A DNA stretch of 20,215 bases from NCBI RefSeq assembly GCF_006345805.1, contig NW_021824317.1, forward strand, positions 1 to 20,215, in the 5' to 3' direction. The notes under the pieces are model-generated. The model did not search any database. It saw only the letters and a program-made list of their open reading frames with translations, and was not told the DNA's origin. Made by a program: the position numbers and the translations under genes. Of the stretch, positions 9,696-18,737 are shown piece by piece (the first letter of the stretch is position 1; each line of letters opens with the position of its first letter). The DNA comes from Octopus sinensis (lineage: Eukaryota).

Positions 9696-10108
9696 GGCGC
9701 AGGAGTGGCTGTGTGGTAAGTAGCTTGCTTACCAGCCACATAGTTCCGGGTTCAGTCCCACTGCGTGGCATCTTGGGCAAGTGTCTTCTACTATAGCCTC
9801 GGGCTGACCAAAGCCTTGTGAGTGGATTTGGTAGGCGGAAACTGAAAGAAGCCCATCGTATATATGTATGTTTATATATGTATGTGTGTGTATGTGTTTG
9901 TGTATCTGTGTTTGTCCCCCCCCAACATCGCTTGACAACTGATGCTGGTGCGTTTACGTCCCCGTAACTTAGCGGTTCGGCAAAAGACACCGATAGAATA
10001 AGTACTAGGCTAACAAAGAATAAGTCCTGGGGTCGATTTGCTCGACTAAAGGCGGTGCTCCAGCATGGCTACAATCAAATGACTGAAACAAGTAAAAGAG
10101 TAAAAAAG
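9696..10108 (+). mobile_element. tRNA-derived SINE, family B, full length with 9-bp TSD
   Basis: GGCGCAGGAGTGGCTGTGTGG A box, GGTTCAGTCCC B box, internal (TA/TG)n and (GTAAAA)-like tail. TAATTGAAG lies at 9688-9696 and 10109-10117. Matches an octopus SINE as I recall it. Confidence 0.92.
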
Positions 10109-10464
10109 TAATTGAAGACAAAAAAAAGTAGAAATTAAAATTACCGCATGTAATCAATGTGCCTGATTTGAAATTACAGTTTTGGGTTGACACATTTTGT
10201 CTTATACGACATCAGCATGTTAAATAAGGAATTAGTTAAAGAGGGTGAGAAGCCAATTCCCTAAGCAGAGCGACGTAGTTTTATGTGGAATGTTTAGTGG
10301 CTCTTAGTTGACGTTGAATTCGCCAACATTTTATAACTGTACGCTAAAATTTCCAGAACATTTGATCAAGCTATTTGGCCGGAAAACTCACTTCCTTTGA
10401 GTTCGCCGCATAAATTATTACAAGACAGTCAGTACTGACTGGTCGAGTCATATTCACTTATGAG

Positions 10465-10568
10465 TTAATGCCTTTTATGACGATATGGTAATTCGTGATC
10501 TTGAGCTGAGAAAATCTGAGAGCCATAGCTCAAAACTGAACAGGAGCCTTTCTACAATATATTATCAG
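10465..10568 (+). CDS. candidate exon (104 nt), unknown protein
   Basis: Open frame NAFYDDMVIRDLELRKSESHSSKLNRSLSTIYYQ ending at donor CAG/GTAACT. The acceptor is a weak GAG; an internal ATG start is an alternative. Confidence 0.25.
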
Positions 10569-10795
10569 GTAACTTATGCAGTAGAACTTACCTTAGAAGA
10601 GAGACTAGAAAACTTAAATGCTTAAAATTCTGTTATGGCAGCTTTGTCTTTCCAAATAAAATCTAGTGTGTTAAGCTCAATTTGTGAGGTTATTACATTT
10701 GATCTCTTTCTCCACAAAGTTAGATTACTATATTCAAATTTTCTCTTCGTCATGATTTCAAATTCTTCCATGTCCATATTATTTTCCTCTCCCAG

Positions 10796-10832
10796 ACACT
10801 TCAGTCATTTACTATTCGCTCTCTCTGGACAG
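10796..10832 (+). CDS. candidate 37-nt exon
   Basis: Strong acceptor TTATTTTCCTCTCCCAG and donor CAG/GTAACA; reads TLQSFTIRSLWT in the phase that fits both neighbours. Confidence 0.3.
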
Positions 10833-11057
10833 GTAACATTATATTTTAAATAAGATATCAATATAGAGATATGTAAAGTTGTGAACCCACGATATGATTG
10901 TTTAGTGAGATCCCTTACAAAGTTTCAATGACTGGATAAAGCGCTGAAGTAAATACATATCATTCACATAGATTGAAAGAGCGTCAATATTTTCTAAAAT
11001 ATAAGTATTTCACAAAAACTACAAATTATGTGTGCGCGTGCGCACACATACTCACAC

Positions 11058-11150
11058 GAAATCGATGGAATAAGTTCTAGACTATTCTTTGACTAAAGCA
11101 ATTTTAATAGATGCTGCCCAGTAACTGAAACAGTAAAAGAATAAGAATAA
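11058..11150 (+). mobile_element. SINE family B tail, heavily decayed
   Basis: GAATAAGT-CTAG, GACTAAAG and ACTGAAACAGTAAAAGAATAAG resemble the family B 3' end. Confidence 0.45.
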
Positions 11151-11211
11151 CCAAATATATTGGGTACCAAGATTCTAAACTCATCAGCAGCCAATTTTGA
11201 TTCTGTTTTAG

Positions 11212-11411
11212 TCACATTACTTCATTCTTTCGACCCAGTTCCATTTCCAATGTCCTTTGAATGGGACATGATTTTGACAATGTCAAGAAAAAATGGAAAG
11301 AAAATTGATCGATGCACTTTTGTGAACAAAACGATTCTAAGAGAAAAAAGATCTGTGAACAGAGATTGTTGCATATTGAGTGAAATATTTGAAGGATCAA
11401 ATTTTATACCA
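11212..11411 (+). CDS. candidate exon (200 nt), unknown protein
   Basis: Acceptor TTTTGATTCTGTTTTAG and donor CCA/GTAAGT with an in-frame TAG just inside the intron. Only one of three frames is open: TLLHSFDPVPFPMSFEWDMILTMSRKNGKKIDRCTFVNKTILREKRSVNRDCCILSEIFEGSNFIP. Confidence 0.4.
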
Positions 11412-11422
11412 GTAAGTTAGAG

Positions 11423-11526
11423 ATGCGTGACGCCTTGGTCAAGCGTCGTGTACTGAAGCTTTGGGTCGGCCAATGCCTCTCTCGAGAGAGAAAGTTTGTT
11501 GATAGAAACTGTGAAGAAGCCCATCG

Positions 11527-11555
<29 letters not shown>
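11423..11555 (+). mobile_element. SINE family B, 5'-internal fragment up to its microsatellite
   Basis: TGCGTGACGCCTTGGTCAAG...GAAACTGTGAAGAAGCCCATCGTATATA matches 9763-9865. Confidence 0.6.
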
Positions 11556-11557
<2 letters not shown>

Positions 11558-11570
11558 TTGTATGTATGTA

Positions 11571-11643
11571 TTCTTTTATTCTTTTACTTGTTTCAGTCAT
11601 TCGACTGCGGCCATGCTGGAGCACCGCTTTTAGTCGAACAAAA
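11571..11643 (-). mobile_element. SINE family B, 5'-truncated tail
   Basis: Reverse complement matches 10037-10105 at 62 of 69 positions (hand count). Confidence 0.88.
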
Positions 11644-12134
11644 ACATGAGTGTGGGGGTGGGGTGGGGGTTATTGCGCCGTCTTCACAGATAATTGCCAT
11701 CTTTATGCTTCCTCATTGTCAATTACATTTCCGACTTCCCATCCATGACCACTCATACGACTGTTCGATTCTACTGCCGATCTGCATGGTTTGAAGCATA
11801 GATGTAAGACAAAAAACATAATTTCCCCTGGATCGATATTGGTCGTTTTGTGGGATAAGGAGTTCCCCGATCAAAGGTTCTGACGTTTTTGACATGAAAT
11901 CGAACCTTTTCGCTGGTTAGTTCTGCACACATTGTCACATTCCATCAGCATAGAACTTTCAGAAGTTGAAATGACAAATGAGGTCGCCAAAATCAGACAA
12001 TTGCACGTCGTTTGATTATAGAAATAAAAGAAACGATTGCAAAAAAGATGAAAAGCAAGAACTGATCACAGCGAGATTCGATCTCAGATTTCAAAGAGAT
12101 CGAGTGATTATTGAAAAGCACTTTATTCGGCGCT

Positions 12135-12389
12135 ACAGCGACTCGACCAATTTACTGGCTTTTATCCTCGAATATGTATGTATTAACGTACGTACATACG
12201 TATGTATGTACGTAGCTATGTAGGAACTTGTTTCTGTATGTACATGCATGTGTGTGTACATATATATATATATATATGCATATATGTATATGTGTATAAT
12301 ATATATATACATATACACATACATACATGTATACATATATATATACATACACATATGTATGTGTATATGTGTGTGTACGTATATGTATA

Positions 12390-12454
<65 letters not shown>
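12135..12454. repeat. compound alternating purine-pyrimidine microsatellite ending in (TA)n
   Basis: Seen directly. Confidence 0.95.
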
Positions 12455-12458
<4 letters not shown>

Positions 12459-12699
12459 GCAGACATACAGGGGGAGGGAAAAGAGAGCGAGAAAGGGCAG
12501 TTGAATACGATTAGTGATTGGACCATGACCAATAGTAATAATAAAAGTAAAAAAACTGAAAATGTCTGAAACATTAAAACGTGAGCGAAGTATTTAATGA
12601 TTAAAAGAACGTTTCCGTACACTTATATTCATAGCAACACAGTACGGCAGCCACCATGTTTTATAATAGCAATGTAATAATGTATTGCACTTCTTTTTG

Positions 12700-12711
12700 T
12701 ACGTACGTATG

Positions 12712-12801
<90 letters not shown>

Positions 12802-12855
12802 TTGAGAGAGAGAGAGGCAGACTGACAGACAGACAGAGACAGAGAAAGCGAGAGA
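12700..12855. repeat. (TA)n then (GA)n/(GACA)n microsatellite
   Basis: Seen directly. Confidence 0.95.
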
Positions 12856-13149
12856 TTTGTTATTCTCGGTAAAAATCCTGTTTATGACATATCAAATATG
12901 AAAGACTGACTGGAAATAATTAGAATAGAACATCAATAATGAGTTTTGCGAAATATTATTCCACTGTACAACGTTGGGAAGAACTTGAAATGAGGGTGAC
13001 TTTTTGTTTTGTTATTTTATATTCTTATGGGCTTTTTTTAATTTTTTGTTTTTTTTATATTTATGCATTTATTTACTTGTATAAATGTTGTTCTTGATCA
13101 TCGCTATCGCTGCCGCCTCTCTTGCTATCATTGCTCTTACATTTTCCAA

Positions 13150-13440
13150 CAGTATTACAACCACAACAATAACAATTGTCTCTGCTATTATGAAACTATC
13201 AACAACAACAACAACAACAACAGCACTAACAACAACATCGCCCATATCACTAATATTACCTCCAACACCAACACCACCACCACCATCAACAACAACACCA
13301 AGAACACCACTACCATTAACATCACCACTAACAACACCATCGCCACACAATCAACATCATTACCAACACCTTCACCATCACCAAAACCAACAACAGCACC
13401 ACTACCACCATCACCACCACCACCACCACTGACATCACCT
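13150..13440. repeat. degenerate (AAC)/(ACC)/(ATC) trinucleotide low-complexity tract
   Basis: Seen directly; several frames on both strands are open, as expected for this composition. Confidence 0.9.
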
Positions 13441-13691
13441 GTATCGTTCCTACACCATCCACAATATTGTCTTCGGTAAGAGTAGAAACAATCGGTATGG
13501 ATGTATGCGGGTATGGCTATGTGGCTATGAAGTTTACTTTCCAACTACGTGGTACCCTCTGCAGGGTACCTGTTCCGTGTTCAGAAGACAGTGACGTAAC
13601 TTGGATTTTGGTCGTTCTGTACACTAGCAAAAATGGCTGCAGGCCACATTGTACAGTTGCACATCTCACACAACCTACCCTACGCCACAGA

Positions 13692-13732
13692 GCAAGTGTC
13701 TTCTACCATTGCCTCGGGTAGACAAATGCCTT
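13692..13732 (+). mobile_element. short SINE family B internal fragment
   Basis: GCAAGTGTCTTCTACCATTGCCTCGGG versus GCAAGTGTCTTCTACTATAGCCTCGGG at 9777-9803. Confidence 0.5.
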
Positions 13733-13733
13733 T

Positions 13734-13979
13734 TTATTGAAATTGATAAATGATGTCTGAGTGAACGGCTGTCGGATAGACCATTCCTGTCCCTGGGTGG
13801 TCGTCTGAATCTGTTTCCCGGTTTAACACCGTCACCCGGCCCTTGGGTACTTTTGGTGGAGTCAACTCTGTTACAAACATTTGGTCTTGGTTTTTATACT
13901 GAAGATAAATTCGTTCCTTCTTCCCTTCAATCACGGAAGCCCTATTGAACAGTCAGGGGGGATTACGTTCTTTCTTGGA
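13734..13979 (-). CDS. candidate terminal exon, unknown protein
   Basis: Acceptor TTATTACTTTTTTCATCGTTTAG ending at 13980. Unique, GC-richer sequence. Frame SKKERNPP*LFNRASVIEGKKERIY...YQFQ*, with AATAAA overlapping the final TAA. A second possible acceptor (CAATAG, exon start 13941) would bypass the internal stop. Confidence 0.3.
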
Positions 13980-14080
13980 CTAAACGATGAAAAAAGTAAT
14001 AAAGCAACAATAAATAAGAAGAAACTTAAAAAACAAAATCAAGAGTGAAACCAATGAGCCATCGAGTTGGCCTCTGAGAC

Positions 14081-14164
14081 GTCGTTCAACGAGTTAGAAA
14101 TAGAAAATCTCCTGTAAATCTCTCCTGCTGTCATAAAGAGAAAGAAATACACATTGCTTAATGC
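14081..14164 (+). repeat. dispersed repeat family D, decayed fragment
   Basis: GTCGTTCAACGAGTTAGAAATAG...ACACATTG resembles the copies at 17712 and 15828. Confidence 0.4.
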
Positions 14165-14973
14165 GAGGTTGGTAAAGTGGTCAATATTGCCTTATGGTGA
14201 TCTATGTTCTTATCCAAGGGGTCGATAAACACTTGAAACGATTTTTAGTATTAAGGGTGCTGAATTATTAGGAGACTGTTTTCTCAACCGAGAAATTCAA
14301 AATGCCTTTGGAGATATCTCTTCGTTGGTATACCTCTGGTAAATATTGATTCGCCTTAGCAGATATCTCGTCGTTGGTATAGTTCTAGTTAAAACACTGG
14401 ATCGCCAATCGACCAGTTGACCGATTGGCGAACCAATCAAGGAAAAACTCTTACTATTCATGAAGACATCGTACTTGAGACACTCAGTACTATAGAATGG
14501 TGCCAATGGTCTGACAATTTTGAATTTACATTAATTTGCATTAATTTCCAGTCAAATATTGACGCAATAACCAATATGTACCAAGCATATTTTTCACATT
14601 AAATATTCCAACTATATCAATATAACACGATTGAATTTTTATTGTTCTTTATCAGTTTCGGTTAGAATTTCTATTAAATTTCTTTAACTACTTCTTATTA
14701 ATTAAAAAACGATAATGACACAAAAGAACAAAGGAACTATTTCTTTTTAAATCAAGAAATTTTTTATTGTTTATAGTTTTTTACTTTATTTTAGAAATTT
14801 ACATGATGGAGGTCGATAAGCTATCACTAATTCCTTGAAGGGTGTCAATGATATGAGAAATTTACCTGTTCTTGGTGGTTTAATTCAATCCGTGATACAT
14901 ATAAGACGAAATGAATTGTCAAGACTGACATGTAAGCTGATCAAGGATTTACTCGATCAGAGATAATCTTGAT

Positions 14974-15228
14974 CAGTGGTTTTCAACCGGGATCCACATG
15001 ACCCTTGGGGTCCATATAAGATTTTGTTGTTAAGGTTTATCTGCAACAAATTGATTATTCTTCTACAATACACAAAATATTTTAGCAATTTTTTTAAAAT
15101 ACAAATCCTCATAATATTTAATTGTAAAAAATATAAGATTTTTTAAACATCGAATGGCTATGGGGGGTGAAGTAGAGTAAGATAGGAACCAAAGAAGTCC
15201 AAAGATAAAAAATGGTTGATAACCACTG
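14974..15228. mobile_element. hAT (Charlie-type) MITE, 255 bp
   Basis: TIRs CAGTGGTTTTCAACC and GGTTGATAACCACTG match at 14/15. The 8-bp flanks ATCTTGAT and AGCTAGAG each fit the NTCTAGAN Charlie target consensus with one mismatch. Confidence 0.85.
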
Positions 15229-15260
15229 AGCTAGAGCGAAAGAACAGCAGCAACAACAAG

Positions 15261-15673
15261 TGGAGGCGCAATGGCCCAATGGTTAGGGCAGCGAACTCGC
15301 AGTCGGAGGATCGCGGTTTCGATTCCCAGACCGGGCGTTGTGTGTGTTTATTGAGCGAAAACACCTAAAGCTCCACGAGGCTCCGGCAGGGGGTGGTGGC
15401 GACCCCTGTTGTACCCTTTCACCCCAACATTCTCTCACGTTTTCTTCCTGTTTCTTGTCCCCGACTTCCTACGCAACCGCTGAGCCTGGATGCGCATTCG
15501 TCCATCCGTCGATGCTCTCGGTGTCGGGGTTTGACCTGCTCTCTCTTCTGCGGGTCTTGCGAATAGCAAATGACCACGTTTCGGACTTCTCCCATCTTGC
15601 GAGCTCTGGGACGAAGACCGTTCGCTCAACAGCAACAACAGCAACAACAATAACAACAGCAACAGCAATAACA
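15261..15673 (+). mobile_element. tRNA-derived SINE, family E, with (CAA/CAG)n tail
   Basis: TGGAGGCGCAATGGCCCAATGGTTAGGGC A box and GGTTTCGATTCCC B box; GC-rich body; AAC/AGC repeat tail 15627-15673. Confidence 0.85.
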
Positions 15674-15827
15674 CAAATATCGCTTTAGCAGCCTGAAACA
15701 CCGAGCGTAACATCGAGGCTCGTCAGTGTCAACCTTAACGTCAACAACAAGTACATTAATGTCAACATTCACTATAACTCCGAGTATCAACATCTACAAC
15801 AACTAAACCGACAAAGGAACATCTAAG

Positions 15828-15963
15828 TAATTGGTTCACCTACAAGAAATAGTAGCCAAATTTCACTCAAATCACGCGCTATGGTCTTAGAAAGGAAAGA
15901 TGCATTACATGATTATATTCCCGGGTACACTTTCACTAGAGAAAATATTTGATAGCCATGGCT
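15828..15963 (+). repeat. dispersed repeat family D fragment
   Basis: AGAAATAGTAGCCAAATTTCACTCAAATCAC...GTCTTAGAAAGGAAAG...ACAC shares motifs with 16785 and 17711. Confidence 0.55.
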
Positions 15964-15966
15964 ATC

Positions 15967-16047
15967 AAGTACCAACTGAGCATTGGAGTCGATGTAATCG
16001 ATTCACCTCTTCCCCGAAATTGCTGGCGTTGTGCCAAAATTTGAAAT
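15967..16047 (+). mobile_element. SINE family A, 3' fragment
   Basis: AAGTACCAACTGAGCATTGGAGTCGATGTAATCGA...TTGCTGGCGTTGTGCCAAAATTTGAAA matches 2067-2147. Confidence 0.8.
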
Positions 16048-16437
16048 CATTATAAAGACTAAATAACAGCAATAATATCATAAAACAAAAACGGTATTGC
16101 CAGCAACAATTACGACAAAATACAAAGCAATCACGACTGCGGCAACAAGTCCAACAAGTAGACGTTTCCAGCAAGGAAACTTCTACATTTAAAGTACTTA
16201 ACGGTGGGTAGATACCCTTGAGGGTTCCATTCCTAGTTATTTTCATGTATTGTGATGACAGAGCCACATGGCGATGTCGATGTACATGCGTTCAACTGTG
16301 CAATCTCGTTGAATTAGAGTGAGAAGTTGCTGGATGTACCACAGACACATGTACCCGTCACATAATTCTCAGATAGAATCAGCTTAACAGAGTGTATATG
16401 ACAAGGCTGGACGTTTGAAATACATGTGCAACCTACC

Positions 16438-16610
16438 CTACGGGTTTCTATACAGTTTCCATCCCCGTAAATTTGCCCAAATGGTTTACATTGACCGGAG
16501 GTTAGAGTTATTAAATTTACCTAATATTACCTAATACCATGCAATCGGATCGAACCTGAGGTTTTATGGTTGCGATGCGAACTGCTTAACCACTCAACCG
16601 TGTCTGCATC
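16438..16610 (-). mobile_element. SINE family B, decayed 5' half
   Basis: CGGGTTTCTATACAGTTTCC...GAACC...TTAACCAC aligns with the reverse complement of 9696-9860. Confidence 0.55.
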
Positions 16611-16784
16611 TACCATATGTAATGTAAAACCAAGCTATTGGTATGTTTTAGGGTCATTCTGGTAGCTTCTAGAACTGATGATGGTAATGATTTTTGGCAG
16701 TCCCAAAAAGGGGTATGGAAGATTTAGGTGATCTTTTAATATCTGGAATCATGAAAGGTTTAATCACACTTCAAATACAGGATT

Positions 16785-16835
16785 AATCGACCTCCAAGAA
16801 ATAGCTACCAAATTCCCTCCAATTTTACCCAACCA
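16785..16835 (+). repeat. dispersed repeat family D, head fragment
   Basis: GACCTCCAAGAAATAGCTACCAAATTCCCTCCAAT resembles 15838-15875 and 17720-17740. Confidence 0.5.
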
Positions 16836-16836
16836 A

Positions 16837-17052
<216 letters not shown>

Positions 17053-17241
17053 TACAACGAGTACGACATATGCATTTACCCATTATTCCAACATAAGTTG
17101 AAACATTTTATTCGCCAAAATAGATGCAAATGTTGTATAACGCTTCTTAACATTCTTTTCTTCAACTGTTTTCCCTTAAATATACCAATTCAAACAAAAC
17201 GTGAAGAAAGTGTAATATTAAAAATGGCTGGTATAAAAGGA

Positions 17242-17331
17242 ATAAAGGTTATTGTGAAAGCAAAGGGTAGCCATTTTGAATTGTGAATATATATATAGAA
17301 TATTGTCAATTAATATAACAATCAACCTGTA
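17242..17331 (+). pseudogene. possible Tc1/mariner transposase C-terminus plus 3' TIR relic
   Basis: [14 protein letters not shown] resembles the LEAVVEANG.FI. C-terminus at 18861-18900. It is followed by AACCTG-TA, whose reverse complement TACAGGTT matches the terminus at 18736. Confidence 0.4.
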
Positions 17332-17417
17332 AAGATTTCGTTAACCAAAACTTTATTTTTTTTTTTTGATTTTATGATAAAATGAATAATGGGTAGAATA
17401 TATATGCCGCACCCGGA

Positions 17418-17473
17418 ATGTATGTATGTTCGTATGTATGTATGTATGTATGTATGTATGTATGTATGTATGT

Positions 17474-17572
<99 letters not shown>
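17418..17572. repeat. (TATG)n followed by (GATA)n microsatellite
   Basis: Seen directly. Confidence 0.95.
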
Positions 17573-17710
17573 CGTATGTGTGTGAGAAATTCAGAGAGAG
17601 AGAGAGGTACTGAAAGATGTGATCTATGACGTCAGTCAGCACCATAACAATAACAACTACAGCAGATATAATTATAAGAACGATGTCATCAGTAGGAAGA
17701 CTTCGCGTTG

Positions 17711-17890
17711 TGGTCGCTTGACCTGCTAGAAATAATAGCCTACCGGCTTTAATAAAAAAGATCGTTGGAAGGGACGCATAGATATCATAGTTCTAGATAC
17801 ACTCTCTGAAATAGACGAAAGGTCACGGCTGGAATCGTGGTTATTTAGAGCTCACCTCTCTGGGGTTCCATAATAACTACTGCTACTACT
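17711..17890 (+). repeat. dispersed repeat family D (possible retroposon 3' end) with (ACT/AAT)n tail
   Basis: GGTCGCTTGACCTGCTAGAAAT...CTAGATACAC...GGTCACGGCTGGAAT...GGGG plus a triplet tail; shares segments with four other loci in the window. Confidence 0.6.
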
Positions 17891-18010
17891 AATAGACTCA
17901 AATCTTGAACTAAAGGGTTTCGAATTAGTCGCTCAAACTGACAGATATACTAGCGAAATTATCCTTAGCTCACCTAATATGTACATGTGTGTGTGTGTGT
18001 GTGTGTGTGT

Positions 18011-18235
18011 CTTTTATATTTCACTTGTTTTAGTCATTAGGCTGCGGCCATGCTGGGGCACCGTCTTGAAGAATTTTTAGTCAAACGAATCGACCCCAGT
18101 ACTTATTTATTTTTTAAGCCTGGTACTTAATCTGTTGGCCACTTTTGTCGAATCGCCAAGTTATGAGAACGCAAGCACTCTAACACCGGTTGTCAAGCGG
18201 TGGTGGCGAACAAACACAGATGCAAAAACTCATAC
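18011..18235 (-). mobile_element. SINE family B, 3' half
   Basis: CACTTGTTTTAGTCATTAGGCTGCGGCCATGCTGGGGCACCG...ATCGACCCCAG...GGTTGTCAAGCG is the reverse complement of 9890-10100. Confidence 0.85.
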
Positions 18236-18414
18236 CACCCACGTGTGTATGTGTGTGTGTGTGTGTGTGTGTGCGTGTCTGTGTTTATGTATGTATCCTC
18301 GATTGGAGATATTTTTTCATTTCGATATTTTTTTTGCTTCTTTCTCTCCGATGACGGAATATTTAGCTTATGTGGAATCCTTACTCAATACCATGATCCA
18401 CATACTTAGCTATT

Positions 18415-18735
18415 CTAGATAGATAGATAGATAGATCGGTAGATAGATCGGTAGATAAATAGAAAGACAGATAATTTACACTACCTTTGGCGTGGGACCT
18501 AGAATGATACCTTGTCCTTAAAGCTTATTGAGTTAGCGCTTTTTAACTAAGGGTCCTTCATCACACAATTTTCTTAATTCTTTTTTTTCCTCTCACTTTT
18601 ATGTACGTGTGTATGTATACACTTACATACAAATATACATACATACTTACACAAAAACAGACACATACAGACACTCACACAGACACACACACCCACGCGC
18701 GCGCGCGCGTGCGTGCGTGTGTGTATCTGTATGTG
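18415..18735. repeat. (GATA)n (about 18415-18470) and (CA)/(CG)/(TG) tracts (about 18605-18735)
   Basis: Seen directly. Confidence 0.85.
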
Positions 18736-18737
18736 TA

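Noticed and set aside
9696-9775. tRNA gene calls for SINE heads (also at 1939, 1740-1808 and 15261)
   Set aside because: They have A/B boxes but no complete cloverleaf and continue into SINE bodies with tails and, in three cases, TSDs.
10628-10804. Minus-strand purine-rich open frame (EENNMDMEEFEIMTKRKFEY...) with a GTAAGT donor near 10590
   Set aside because: Flanked by in-frame stops, needs a frameshift to reach the donor and has no good acceptor; it overlaps the polypyrimidine tract of the plus-strand model. Not fully excluded without RNA data.
11337-11411. REKR-SVNRDCC as an insulin A-chain or TGF-beta mature domain
   Set aside because: The required downstream cysteine spacing (CC-X3-C for insulin) and the TGF-beta W/P motifs are absent.
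11654-11669. G5-T-G4-T-G5 run as a G-quadruplex element
   Set aside because: Only three G tracts and no functional context.
11978-12223. 81-aa ORF MRSPKSDNCTSFDYRNK...
   Set aside because: The nearest acceptor (11960) leads to a stop within a few codons in all three frames, the only donor lies inside a microsatellite, and no family is recognised.
14312-14381. Direct repeats as a CRISPR-like array
   Set aside because: Only two 21-bp repeats in eukaryotic DNA, with no cas genes.
16330-16432. Possible fragment of another octopus SINE (TGACAAGGCTGG...TTTGAA)
   Set aside because: Based on memory only; there is no second copy in the window to confirm it.
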